DNA of 64,000 nucleotides from Clostridium sp. UBA4548 (lineage in GTDB: Bacteria > Bacillota > Clostridia > Clostridiales > Clostridiaceae). The notes below the pieces were generated by a model. It searched no databases. It was not told where the DNA came from and was given only the letters and a program-made list of their open reading frames with translations. The stretch is from NCBI RefSeq assembly GCF_002387895.1, contig NZ_DGLI01000002.1:21345-85344 (forward strand), written 5' to 3'. Made by a program: the position numbers and the translations under genes. Positions 9,763-20,100 of the stretch are shown here, piece after piece (position 1 is the stretch's first letter; each line of letters opens with the position of its first letter).

Positions 9763-10491
9763 TTATATAACATTTATCATAATAAATCCAAAAATAATAC
9801 CTGCTAATATAGTAACTGCATTTCTATAATCACTACAAAGTTCGTTGCTTTCAGGTATCATTTGTCCAAATACTACATATAGCATTACACCACTAGCAAA
9901 GGCTATACAATAACCTAAAAAAGCCTGAGATATAGCCCCAATTAATATACCTATCCAAGCTCCAATAGCAGTAGGAAGAGCTACTAAAAAGGCGTACCAT
10001 AGAATCCTAAGGCCTCCAACTCCCGATGCAATAAGAGGAGCTGCAATTGCTATTCCTTCTGGCATATCATGAATTGAAATTAACAAGCTCATTTTTATTC
10101 CTAAATTAGCTTCCTTTACAAACCCAAATCCCATAATAATTCCTTCTGGAAAGTTGTGTAACATAAGGCCTAGAGCCATTAAAAAAGCGACTTTTTTATG
10201 ACTATTATTGGCCCATTTTTTGTCCTTACTCAAATAATCTGTAAATCCTATTACTATTATTCCAATTAATATAGCAATAAAAGTAGCTAAAAAATTCGTC
10301 TTCTCGATTGCCTCAGGTATAAGTTCTAAAAAAATTATAGAAATCATAATACCAGAAGCAACACCTAAAATGCTTCCAAGAAGCTTTCTAGTGGGTTTCT
10401 TAATGGTTACTCCTATAAAGGCCCCAAGCAATGTACCAATCAAGGATACTATAGCTGAAAAAAGCCCTATAGTGAAAATAGTGTTATTCAT
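9763..10491 (-). CDS. ZIP-family (ZupT/GufA) metal transporter
   Basis: LHNFPEG and IHDMPEG motifs; multiple TM helices. Confidence 0.9.
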   Translation of the reverse strand: MNNTIFTIGLFSAIVSLIGTLLGAFIGVTIKKPTRKLLGSILGVASGIMISIIFLELIPEAIEKTNFLATFIAILIGIIVIGFTDYLSKDKKWANNSHKKVAFLMALGLMLHNFPEGIIMGFGFVKEANLGIKMSLLISIHDMPEGIAIAAPLIASGVGGLRILWYAFLVALPTAIGAWIGILIGAISQAFLGYCIAFASGVMLYVVFGQMIPESNELCSDYRNAVTILAGIIFGFIMINVI

Positions 10492-10519
10492 ATTATTCCC
10501 CCCATAAATATAAAATAGC

Positions 10520-10620
10520 TCGTCTTAACTTTAAGATAAATTTTAATATATTATCTAAAGGTCTTAAGAAAACTAAGTCACTTGTTTATATGCTCTACCC
10601 TATAACTTTAGTTCTCTATA
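10520..10620 (-). repeat. ~100-bp two-hairpin dispersed repeat, family 2 (degenerate; left boundary approximate)
   Basis: Reverse complement TATAGAGAACTAAAG...CTTAGTTTTCTTAAGACCTTTAGATAA...TTATCTTAAAG. Confidence 0.5.
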
Positions 10621-10653
10621 CTAACAATTTATTTTCACATCTATGGGTTTATT

Positions 10654-11226
10654 CTAATTTCTAGTTTCTTTAATTCTCTCTACCGCACTTTCGGTAAAAA
10701 CTGCAGTAGCACAGTATTTATACAAGAAATTTAACAGAAGATATTTCTTCATTCCGCCCTTTCTTACAAAGAAGAAATAGTAGGGGCCCTCCTCTGGCAT
10801 TTTTACCTTGTTATATACTTTTTCTACTTCTGGGTATTTTTCTAAAACCTTAAAATCTAAATGTCCCAATCTTTTATTTCTAAACCTGGATTTTGTTACA
10901 ATCATTAAATCAAAATTCTTCTCATTATTTAGAATGTGAACTATAGCTACCTTTTCCGTGGAAATATGGTACCTAATTTTTCTCGCACTAGTAATTATAG
11001 TTAGCTTAGTACCACTAACTTTATAAACTAAATATTCTTCATTATGTCTAATTAACATTGAAAAAACAATTAAACTTTCAATAAGAATTAAGTAAAATAT
11101 AAAAAACATATTAAAATTTCCACTTACCTGCAATACAATGGGCAAAAGTACAAAAATAAAGCCCATTGACAGCATAAACCTTTTATAAGATTTTTTTTGC
11201 TTTCGTAGGACTTTATCTATATCCAT
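10654..11226 (-). CDS. Hypothetical membrane protein (two N-terminal TM helices)
   Basis: 190-aa ORF with RBS GGAAGGTG, co-oriented downstream of prfA. Confidence 0.75.
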   Translation of the reverse strand: MDIDKVLRKQKKSYKRFMLSMGFIFVLLPIVLQVSGNFNMFFIFYLILIESLIVFSMLIRHNEEYLVYKVSGTKLTIITSARKIRYHISTEKVAIVHILNNEKNFDLMIVTKSRFRNKRLGHLDFKVLEKYPEVEKVYNKVKMPEEGPYYFFFVRKGGMKKYLLLNFLYKYCATAVFTESAVERIKETRN

Positions 11227-11274
11227 AAAACACCTTCCAAATTATATTAGTAAATTTTATCCTGTCGCTTTTGC

Positions 11275-11377
11275 TATAGGGCTCCAGAGTTAAAGCTTAA
11301 TTTATATATAACTCCTGCCTTGGTCCCTTAAGGCTTTTTGTGAAGAACAAGGTACATTTTCACCTTAAAAGCCTATA
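11275..11377 (+). repeat. ~100-bp two-hairpin dispersed repeat, family 2
   Basis: TATAGGGCTCCAGAG...CCTTGGTCCCTTAAGGCTTTT...AAAAGCCTATA. Confidence 0.65.
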
Positions 11378-11431
11378 GCTATTCAATTGTCTAATTATAT
11401 ATATCGTACTGAGACTTAACTAATGAACCTT

Positions 11432-12514
11432 TTATAGTTCATTATTATTTCCCATAGCCTTCATTTTCTCAGCTTGATCTGTAGTAATTAAGGCATTTAA
11501 CATTTCATCAATATCTCCATCTAAGAAAGCGTCTAACTTATATATAGTAACTCCTATTCTATGGTCTGTTACTCTTCCTTGAGGATAGTTATAAGTTCTT
11601 ATTCTCTCACTTCTATCTCCTGTACCAACTTGACTCTTTCTATCTTCTGCAATGCCTGCAAGTCTTTCAGCTTCTGCTGCTTCAAAAAGTCTTGCCTTTA
11701 AGATTTTCATAGCCTTTTCTTTGTTTTTAAGCTGTGATTTCTCATCCTGACAAGAAACTACTAAACCAGTTGGTAAATGAGTTAATCTAACCGCTGAGTC
11801 TGTAGTATTAACGCATTGTCCACCGTTTCCTGAAGCTCTAAACACATCAGTTCTTATATCATTTGCATTAATTTCAAGTTCCACATCATCTACCTCTGGA
11901 AGCACTGCAACAGTAGCAGTGGATGTATGAATTCTTCCACTGGATTCAGTATCTGGAACTCTTTGAACTCTATGAACTCCACTTTCATACTTTAGCTTAC
12001 TGTAAGCTCTATCTCCTTTAACCATGAATACAACTTCTTTGAATCCACCGATATCTGTTTCATTTGCGCTCATAACTTCAACTTTCCATCTGTTACGCTC
12101 AGCATATCTAGTGTACATTCTAAATAGGTTTGCAGCAAACAGAGCAGCTTCGTCTCCGCCTGCGCCTCCTCTTATTTCTATGAACACGTTCTTATCATCA
12201 TTAGGATCTTTAGGAAGTAGCAGTATTCTTAGTTCTTCCTTGCAAGTTTCACAGGTTTCAGTTAAAGATTTGATTTCTTCCTGAATCATCTCTCTCATAT
12301 CTCTATCTGATTCTTCATTTAACATTTCCTTATTTGCTTGAAGGTCTGTCTCTGCTGCCTTATATTCTCTATACTTCATTACTATAACTTCAAGGTCCGC
12401 ATGCTCCTTACATAATTTTTGCCACTCTTTTTGGTTAGCCATTACTGTAGGATCACTTATTTTATTGGACAATTCATCATATTTATTCTCTAAAAAATGT
12501 AATCTATCTAACAT
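11432..12514 (-). CDS. prfA: Peptide chain release factor 1
   Basis: GGQ motif, [20 protein letters not shown]; adjacent to prmC. Confidence 0.98.
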   Translation of the reverse strand: MLDRLHFLENKYDELSNKISDPTVMANQKEWQKLCKEHADLEVIVMKYREYKAAETDLQANKEMLNEESDRDMREMIQEEIKSLTETCETCKEELRILLLPKDPNDDKNVFIEIRGGAGGDEAALFAANLFRMYTRYAERNRWKVEVMSANETDIGGFKEVVFMVKGDRAYSKLKYESGVHRVQRVPDTESSGRIHTSTATVAVLPEVDDVELEINANDIRTDVFRASGNGGQCVNTTDSAVRLTHLPTGLVVSCQDEKSQLKNKEKAMKILKARLFEAAEAERLAGIAEDRKSQVGTGDRSERIRTYNYPQGRVTDHRIGVTIYKLDAFLDGDIDEMLNALITTDQAEKMKAMGNNNEL

Positions 12515-12621
12515 AACTTATCACTCCGTACTTAAATTTATATAAAGTTGCCATTATACTTTTTCACATCATATCATTATACCACAAAAATTTGCTTTTT
12601 CAATTTTAATAATTAATTTTT

Positions 12622-13473
12622 TTATGGTAAATTCCCTACAACTACCCTGTAATTTCCTGATAAATCTTTTAAGGAGTAAACATTGATAAATCCCTCACTT
12701 CTTAAAATCTCTTCAACCTCTTGATTTTGATCATGTCCAATTTCAAAAGCTAAATATCCACCAGTTTTAAGTACCTGTATACTTTGAGAGGTAATAGTTC
12801 TATAGAAATCTAGACCATCCTCTCCCCCCCAAAGAGCAATATAAGGTTCAAAGTCCCTTACATCCTTCATTAGAGTAGGAATTACTGAGGTTCTAATGTA
12901 AGGTGGATTTGAAACAATCATGTTAAAGGTGGCTTTTTCATCAATAGCTCTACTAAGCAAATCACTCTTATAAACTTTAGCTATATCCCCAACCATTAAC
13001 TTATTTATATTGTTAGCTGTAACTTCTAAGGCTACTTCACTAATATCATATAAATAGACTTCCAAAGCTTTAGTATAATGAGCTATAGAAATTCCAATGG
13101 CCCCACTGCCACAACATAAATCACAAACTTTGGTAAACCTATTTTTATTAATAATATTTATTGCTTCTTCAACTAAAACTTCCGTATCTGGTCTAGGAAT
13201 TAAAACTCCTTCTTTAACCATAAATTCAAGACCCATGAACTCACTTACACCTAGAATATACTTAATGGGCATCTTATTCTTTCTAAGCTTTAGGAGGTTT
13301 AAATATTCCTCTATCCTATCTGATTCAATATCTAAATCCCTATTCATCATTATAAACAATTTTTCAACTTTTAAAACTTTACATAGTAATAATTGAGCAT
13401 CTATCATATAGCTTTCAATATTTTCTTCTTTAAGTAGCTCATATCCTTTAGTTAATAATTGACTTATCTTCAT
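12622..13473 (-). CDS. prmC: Release factor glutamine N5-methyltransferase
   Basis: LIPRPDTE, DLCCGSGAI and SNPPY motifs. Confidence 0.96.
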   Translation of the reverse strand: MKISQLLTKGYELLKEENIESYMIDAQLLLCKVLKVEKLFIMMNRDLDIESDRIEEYLNLLKLRKNKMPIKYILGVSEFMGLEFMVKEGVLIPRPDTEVLVEEAINIINKNRFTKVCDLCCGSGAIGISIAHYTKALEVYLYDISEVALEVTANNINKLMVGDIAKVYKSDLLSRAIDEKATFNMIVSNPPYIRTSVIPTLMKDVRDFEPYIALWGGEDGLDFYRTITSQSIQVLKTGGYLAFEIGHDQNQEVEEILRSEGFINVYSLKDLSGNYRVVVGNLP

Positions 13474-13594
13474 CTATTTTTTCCTCTTTTCTTTTACCTA
13501 CATTTAAGAAAAATAACTTTACAATACTTATACTCATTGAAGAAGACAAAGTTTTCCTTCTCAAAACTCGCTGCTATAAAGTTGCCCTTTATTA

Positions 13595-14569
13595 TTATCT
13601 CTCTGCCTCACAACTCTCATGTTCTAAAGCCTCATTACTCCTTTGAGGAAATGTCACATCTTCTATCCCCTCTGCTGCTTTTAAAGATGCTATAGCTACT
13701 TCAAGCATTGATAAATCCGGTTCCTTTGTAGTTATTCCTTGTAGCTTTAGCCCTGGTGCTGCAATAAACTTAGCTAAAGAATTATTACTTCTTCCTAACC
13801 ATCTGATAACTTCATAAGTAACTCCAGAAACTATGGGCAAAAGTGAAATTCTCCATAATATTCTTTGCCCAACAGATTGCCAACCTGTAAAGGAAAATAT
13901 AACAATACTAATAACCATAACTAAAAACAAAAAGTTTGTTCCACACCTTGGATGAAATCTACTGAAATTCTTAGCATTTTCAGGAGTTAATTCCTGACCA
14001 GCCTCATAGCAAAAAATAGTCTTATGTTCTGCTCCATGATACTGATAGACTCTTTTTATATCTTCTATTTTACCTACTAGATAAATGTACAATAAAAATA
14101 CTGTAACTCTTATTATTCCTTCAATTACGTTTAATATGAAAGGATTTTTTGTCATATTATTTTTGATAAAGCTAGTAAGCACTGTAGGTAGTATAAAGAA
14201 CAATAGCATAGCTAACGCAAGTGATACTACCAAGGAAATTCCCATTATAATATCATTACTTTTTTCTTTAAAGGTATTTTTAAACCAGCTATCAAATTTT
14301 GATGGCTCTTCCTCTTCTTCTTCTTCAAAGAAGGATGCGGAAAATTCCAAACTCTTCATTCCAATAATCAAGGATTCAACTAAAGAAACAAAGCCTCTTA
14401 TTATTGGCAAGGAAAAAATTTTATTCTTTTTTGAAAAACTTTCATAGTTTTGTTTTTTTATTTCTATGGTTCCGTTGGATAACCTTACCGCTGTGGCTAA
14501 CCCCTTTGTTCCTCTCATCATTACCCCTTCAATAACTGCTTGCCCTCCAACTGAAGTTTTTTTACCCAT
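13595..14569 (-). CDS. DUF1385 (YqhQ-like) membrane protein
   Basis: GGQAVIEGVMMRG, YHGAEHK and HPRCGTNF motifs; typical position upstream of prmC. Confidence 0.9.
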   Translation of the reverse strand: MGKKTSVGGQAVIEGVMMRGTKGLATAVRLSNGTIEIKKQNYESFSKKNKIFSLPIIRGFVSLVESLIIGMKSLEFSASFFEEEEEEEPSKFDSWFKNTFKEKSNDIIMGISLVVSLALAMLLFFILPTVLTSFIKNNMTKNPFILNVIEGIIRVTVFLLYIYLVGKIEDIKRVYQYHGAEHKTIFCYEAGQELTPENAKNFSRFHPRCGTNFLFLVMVISIVIFSFTGWQSVGQRILWRISLLPIVSGVTYEVIRWLGRSNNSLAKFIAAPGLKLQGITTKEPDLSMLEVAIASLKAAEGIEDVTFPQRSNEALEHESCEAER

Positions 14570-14681
14570 GTTATCACCTGCCTATTCTCTTATATAAATT
14601 ATTATGAATTCTATATGTATCTTCTTAACTTAGCTAATACTACTAAAATAAAGCTTCTTACAAAAAAAGTTTTTAAGTGCT

Positions 14682-15314
14682 TTATTCCCCTAAAGCCACC
14701 TCTAAATCCCCTTTATCATTTCCTTTTTCATACTGCTCTTTAAATGAAAAGAAACACTTTGGGCATAAAGCTTCATATTCTACATTATCTTTTTTATCTA
14801 TGGCAATTTGCTCTCCTTCAAAAACAAATTTACCATTTATTAGCCTTCCATTTAATAAAGCTTTTTTACCACATTTACAAATTGTTTTAAGCTCTTCTAA
14901 ACTGTGAGCTAATAAAAGTAATCTTGCACTACCTTCAAACCCATTCATTTGAAAATCCGTTCTAAGTCCATAACATATTGTGGGGATATCTAGCTTCACA
15001 GCAATTTCAAATAGTTCATCAATTTGATGACTCTTAAAAAACTGTACTTCATCTCCTAATATGCAGTGCACGGTTCCATGTTCTTTTATATATTCATGTA
15101 CCTCTTTAAACACATCAGCCTCACCATCTAAAAGCAAGTCAACTTCCCTTGTAACTCCCAACCTTGAAACTACTTTATTTCCGCCCTTAGTATCTGTCTT
15201 AGGTTTTATAATTAAAACTTTCATTCCTCTTTCTTCATAATTATGTGCCACTTGTAAGAGATTAGTTGACTTTCCACAGTTCATTGCACCATATCTAAAA
15301 TATAATTTACTCAT
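14682..15314 (-). CDS. tdk: Thymidine kinase
   Basis: YGAMNCGKS P-loop, DEVQF, YGLRTDF and Zn-binding cysteines; start at the ATG after GGAGGA. Confidence 0.95.
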   Translation of the reverse strand: MSKLYFRYGAMNCGKSTNLLQVAHNYEERGMKVLIIKPKTDTKGGNKVVSRLGVTREVDLLLDGEADVFKEVHEYIKEHGTVHCILGDEVQFFKSHQIDELFEIAVKLDIPTICYGLRTDFQMNGFEGSARLLLLAHSLEELKTICKCGKKALLNGRLINGKFVFEGEQIAIDKKDNVEYEALCPKCFFSFKEQYEKGNDKGDLEVALGE

Positions 15315-15445
15315 GTTAATCCTCCATAGTGTCAAGATATAATATATATCTATTTTATAAGAAATCTTTAGGTTTATCAAATTAATATTATTAAAGTTCA
15401 ATTTTATTTTAGCTGTAGATTTTTTAAAAATCAGTAAGGTTTATA

Positions 15446-15474
15446 TTGACCTGTTTAATACCTTATGCTATAAT
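15446..15474 (+). promoter_or_regulatory. SigA promoter of rpmE
   Basis: TTGACC-17 bp-TATAAT with an extended TG -10. Confidence 0.7.
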
Positions 15475-15525
15475 TTAGAAGTTGACAATACGGGTATATA
15501 TGTAATTTCGAAAGAGGTGAAAGAT

Positions 15526-15735
15526 ATGCAAGAAGGATTACATCCAAATTATAGCCACGATACAGTAGTTAAATGTGCATGTGGAAATACTTTTACAACT
15601 GGTTCCGTTAAAGGAGAATTAAAAGTTGATATTTGTTCAAAATGTCATCCATTCTTCACTGGCAAGCAAAAAATGGTTGATGCTGGCGGAAGAGTTGATA
15701 AATTCATGAAGAAATTCAACCTTACAAACGAGTAA
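15526..15735 (+). CDS. rpmE: 50S ribosomal protein L31 (Zn-binding type A)
   Basis: [19 protein letters not shown] and GGRVDKF motifs. Confidence 0.97.
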   Translation: MQEGLHPNYSHDTVVKCACGNTFTTGSVKGELKVDICSKCHPFFTGKQKMVDAGGRVDKFMKKFNLTNE

Positions 15736-15751
15736 TAGTATATACTTTATG

Positions 15752-15776
15752 AGGAGAAGGAAACTTCTCCTTTTTT
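15752..15776 (+). terminator. rpmE terminator
   Basis: AGGAGAAG/CTTCTCCT stem followed by a T-run. Confidence 0.8.
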
Positions 15777-16121
15777 GCGTTTAAAATAATTCATATGAAG
15801 CAAAATATTAATTGAAAAATCCTATGAATTTTTTAACTAAACAAATCAACATCTGTTGAAAGTCCTATTATTATTGGATTTTCCCAATGCAACATCATAT
15901 AAAAACAAGTTAATCCATTGATTAGTTATCTTATAAGGCTTCTAATTCCAAGGTAGGTAATATATGGTTTAGTTTCCTCTAATTTAATAGATTAATTAAT
16001 AGTAATTAGCACACAATAATAACACTTAATTGATACCAACTAAGCAAGTGTTATTAACACTGTGATATCAATTAATTAATTTAATAAACTTTAAGTTTAT
16101 ATTAAAAGGGAGGAATTTAAC

Positions 16122-16319
16122 ATGGCAAACAATAATAACAACAGAGCATTAGTACCAGAAGCTAAAGAAGGTTTAAACAGATTCAAAATGGAAGCTGCTA
16201 AAGAAGTAGGAGTTAACTTAAAAGAAGGTTACAATGGAGACTTAACTTCAAGAGAAGCAGGATCAGTAGGCGGACAAATGGTTAAAAGAATGGTAGAATC
16301 TTACGAGAGAAACCTATAA
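16122..16319 (+). CDS. Alpha/beta-type small acid-soluble spore protein
   Basis: FKMEAAKEVG and GDLTSREAGSVGGQMVKRMV SASP motifs. Confidence 0.96.
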   Translation: MANNNNNRALVPEAKEGLNRFKMEAAKEVGVNLKEGYNGDLTSREAGSVGGQMVKRMVESYERNL

Positions 16320-16336
16320 TTATAACCAAACATTAA

Positions 16337-16380
16337 TAAGAAAGAGTTACAGGAGAAATTCTCCTGTAACTCTTTCTTTA
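16337..16380. terminator. Bidirectional terminator between the SASP gene and copA
   Basis: AAGAAAGAGTTACAGGAGAA/TTCTCCTGTAACTCTTTCTT long stem between convergent genes. Confidence 0.85.
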
Positions 16381-16382
16381 TA

Positions 16383-18824
16383 TTATGCTAAAGGTTTAAA
16401 GGTTTTTAACCTCAATGCATTTAATAAAACTGACACTGAGCTAAAACTCATAGCAAGGGCTGCAATCATTGGATTTAAAAGCGGTCCTCCAAAGGCATAT
16501 AATATTCCCATAGCCACTGGTATTCCTAGGGTATTATATCCAAAAGCCCAAAATAGGTTTTGTTTAATGTTAGAAATTGTTTTTTTACTTAATTGAATAG
16601 CTGTTGGTACATCCATTAAATCACTTCTCATTAATACTATATCCGCCGACTCCATAGCAACATCCGTACCAGATCCAATAGCAATGCCAATGTCTGCTTG
16701 AGCAAGAGCCGGTGCATCATTAATTCCATCTCCAACCATAGCTACCTTCTTACCCTGACCTTGAAGTTTTTTAACTTCATTTGCCTTATCCTGTGGTAAT
16801 ACTTCAGAGATTGCTACATCTATTCCTACTTGTTTTGCAATAGCATCGGCAGTTCTCTTATTATCTCCCGTAAGCATAGCAACTTCAATACCCATGGAAT
16901 GTAGTTTTTCAATAGCCTTTTTACTACTTTCCTTCACCGTATCTGCCACTGCAACAATTCCCTTAAGTTCCTTATCTATAGCTACATACATTGGTGTTTT
17001 ACCCTCTGTAGCCAATCGGTTTGACTCTTCTTCTAAAACGTCAATAGAAATCTTACTTTCCACCATTAATTTTTTATTGCCAAGTAAAACTGTCTTACCA
17101 TCAATGGTAACTTCGATTCCCTTACCAGCGATAGCTTTAAAATTAGTAGTTTTCTTAAACTCCATACCACTTTCTTCTGCATGTTTAACTATAGCTTCAC
17201 CAAGCGGGTGCTCTGATCCCTTTTCTGCACTAGCAGTAATCTGAAGCAATTCTTCCTCTGATATATTATTTACAACTATATCTGTTACCTTTGGTTTTCC
17301 TTCAGTTATAGTACCAGTTTTATCGAATACAACAGTCTTAATTTTATGAGCGGTTTCCAAGGCTTCTCCACTCTTAATTAAAACCCCATATTCTGCTCCC
17401 TTTCCCGTTCCTACCATTATAGCTGTAGGAGTTGCAAGGCCAAGGGCACAAGGACAAGCAATTACTAATACAGAAATAAAGATTGTTAATACAAACACCG
17501 CAGTTTCTCCAACAATTAACCAAGCCAAGGCCGAAAGAATAGCGATAGTAATAACTGTAGGTACAAAGTACCCTGAAATTATATCTGCCAGCTTTGCAAT
17601 TGGAGCCTTTGACCCTTGAGCATCTTCTACTAATTTTATTATTTGTGCAAGGGCAGTATCCTTTCCAACCTTAGTAGCCCTATACCTTATAGAACCATTT
17701 TTGTTAATGCTGGCTCCAATAACCTTTGATCCAACAGTCTTTTCAACAGGTATACTTTCCCCTGTAAGCATAGATTCATCAATAGAGGTACTTCCCTCTA
17801 CTACCTCACCATCTACTGGTAGCTTCTCACCAGGTTTTACAAGAATTACATCTCCAACTTCTACATCATCTATAGAAATAACAACTTCTTTTCCTTCTTT
17901 AATTATAGTAGCAGTCTTTGGCGCAAGACCCATAAGCTTTTTTATAGCCTCTGAGGTTTTACCCTTAGTTACTGACTCTAAATATTTACCTAGAGTAATT
18001 AAAGTTAAAATAGTAGCTCCTGACTCAAAGTATAACTCATAAGCATAATCAACATTACCATTTAAAATTTGGTATATAGCAAATAATCCAAATAAAAAGG
18101 CAGCCCAAGTTCCGATAGAGATTAAAGAATCCATATTAGGGCTTCTCATTATTAAGGATTTAAATCCCACTCTAAAAAACTTCCATCCCGCTATCATTAC
18201 AGGTATAACTAAAATTAATTGCGAAATTGCAAAATTAATAGGATTTCTCATTGGATCAAAAAACTCCGGTAACATATAACCTAACATATGTGCCATAGAT
18301 ATATAAAGAAGAGGTAGTGTAAACACTGCAGAAATTAAAAATCTATTCCATAAATTTTTAATTTCCCTTTCCTTATTCTCCTTATCTTTATCTACTGACG
18401 TTTCTTCCTCACTAGCCTTATACCCAGCCTTTACAATAGCAGCTTTAATATCTGAAACTCTAAGTTTTGAAGGTTCATAAGCTACAGTTAGCTTTTCTGT
18501 AGCAAGATTTACACTTCCTTCAACTACTCCATCTAATTTTCTTACAGCTGATTCCACAGCCTTTGCACAAGAGGCTCAAGTCATGCCCCCAACTTTAATG
18601 GTTGCTGTAGCAGTTTCTACCACCGCCTTATACCCAGACTTACCTATAGCTGAAGCAATTACATCTAAATTGGTTTTATCTTCCTCAAAGGTTACTGTAA
18701 GCTTTTCTGTTGCTAGATTTACACTTGCTTCACTAACTCCTTCTACTTTTTTAGAGGCACGCTCTACAGCTTTTGCACAGGCTGCACAAGTCATACCCTG
18801 TATTTTCAACACTTTACTTATCAA
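16383..18824 (-). CDS. copA: Cu(I)-exporting P1B-type ATPase with two HMA domains; in-frame UGA at 18576-18578 probably read as selenocysteine (813 aa if read through)
   Basis: [22 protein letters not shown] and YN/MxxSS motifs. ORFs 18576-18842 and 16383-18557 share a frame and join as [14 protein letters not shown] start after RBS AAAGGAGA. Confidence 0.88.
18540..18572 (-). promoter_or_regulatory. Candidate bacterial SECIS hairpin downstream of the copA UGA
   Basis: mRNA UCUU-GU-GCA-AAG-GCUG[UGGAAU]CAGC-UGU-AAGA; the apical loop starts 19 nt after the UGA and has G at position 2. Confidence 0.6.
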
Positions 18825-18967
18825 ATTAAAATCTCCTTTCAATGAAAAACTACCGCTTCAAACCTTTAGCTTAATGGGCAACTCTTCGCTGTTCATTACT
18901 TATTTTTTAAGCTTTACTACCTATTCTTGAATATCTTAACTTCTATTATATATAAAATCTTTTATCT

Positions 18968-19648
18968 TTATAACTTAAACTCTTTTGTTAAGGTATTGCT
19001 ATCCTTATTATATTTCCATCCCTCTTTGGAGATTTTTTCAACATCAAGCCCCGCCTGGATTAGAGGTTCTGCTTTTATTGTAAAAATAATATCTGAAGGA
19101 TTTTGTCCTAGTTCTTCTGTCCAATGAACCTTATAACCATCCCCTAAATCCAACACATAACTTTTTGTAGCTGAATCATAACTCACTGGAACCTGCTGAA
19201 ATTTTAATAATCTTTTAAAGGCATCCTCTGCACCGTTAGAATTTTGCTTTTTATCACTTAAATCATAGGGTCTCACTAATAAATTAGGAGTTTCCATCCC
19301 TCCTTCATTAGCTGCTGGTTTAAATACAAGCTCTTTAGCATCAATTTTATTCACATCTACTCCTGCTGTTGTGAAAGTGTCTGCTGGAATAACCATAGCA
19401 AAGTCTATTTCATTTGCTGCAGTATCTTTGGTCCATTCAAACTTTTCTCCAGAAGAAAGCTTAAGTCCCCAATGAGATAGTTCCGCATGAAATCCTACAT
19501 ATTTTTTATTTTCTTTAATTATGTTTACATAGGCTTCTGATGCTTTAGCCTTAGTTTCATCTACACTACCTTTGTTACCACAACCAGTTATTGTAATACC
19601 AATTCCTAAAATAACTGTACTTATTATAAGTGCTTTATTTTTTAACAT
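18968..19648 (-). CDS. Uncharacterised lipoprotein, probably co-transcribed with copA
   Basis: Signal peptide with lipobox ITGC; RBS GGAGGA; co-oriented upstream of copA. Confidence 0.8.
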   Translation of the reverse strand: MLKNKALIISTVILGIGITITGCGNKGSVDETKAKASEAYVNIIKENKKYVGFHAELSHWGLKLSSGEKFEWTKDTAANEIDFAMVIPADTFTTAGVDVNKIDAKELVFKPAANEGGMETPNLLVRPYDLSDKKQNSNGAEDAFKRLLKFQQVPVSYDSATKSYVLDLGDGYKVHWTEELGQNPSDIIFTIKAEPLIQAGLDVEKISKEGWKYNKDSNTLTKEFKL

Positions 19649-19669
19649 TTCAATATCCTCCCTTTTCCC

Positions 19670-19686
19670 TACCCCCTTGGGGGGTA
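19670..19686 (-). promoter_or_regulatory. CsoR-type operator
   Basis: TACCCCCTTGGGGGGTA palindrome of C- and G-tracts with AT flanks, directly upstream of the lipoprotein-copA unit. Confidence 0.75.
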
Positions 19687-19937
19687 TCTTTAAAAATAGA
19701 TTATCATTTATTTGTGAATTTTTTATGGAAGAAGCAATATAATAAAACTTTTTTCTCCTTACCTATATAAGTTGTAATATTATTGCTAAATTATTCATTA
19801 GTTTAAAGAAATTTTAATTATGGAGAATTGAAATATAAAATTATACCTTATTAAAGTTTCTCATTTCATTTTGCATACATAAAATCTACACAAGTCCTCT
19901 ATATAATTTATTAAATAAAGATAAATTTATTTGGACT

Positions 19938-20042
19938 TATAAGAATCCAAATTTAAGACTTAGCTTATACATAGACTCCACATTGGTTCCCTTTAGGGCT
20001 TTTGAGGACGAATAAGCTAATTTTTGACTAAGGAGTCCTATA
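19938..20042 (+). repeat. ~100-bp two-hairpin dispersed repeat, family 2
   Basis: TATAAGAATCCAAA...CTTAGCTTATACATA...TTGGTTCCCTTTAGGGCTTTT...GGAGTCCTATA. Confidence 0.6.
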
Positions 20043-20100
20043 ATGCCATAAAAATAACTGATTAGTTATTTTTACTTCATTAATTTAAGGGGGGAGAATT

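Noticed and set aside
16383..18842. Separate copZ (88 aa) plus shorter copA (724 aa), or a simple nonsense pseudogene
   Set aside because: Both ORFs share a frame, the stop cuts an HMA motif exactly at a Cys position, the GTG at 18557 lacks a good RBS, and a SECIS-like hairpin follows. A nonsense mutation is not formally excluded.
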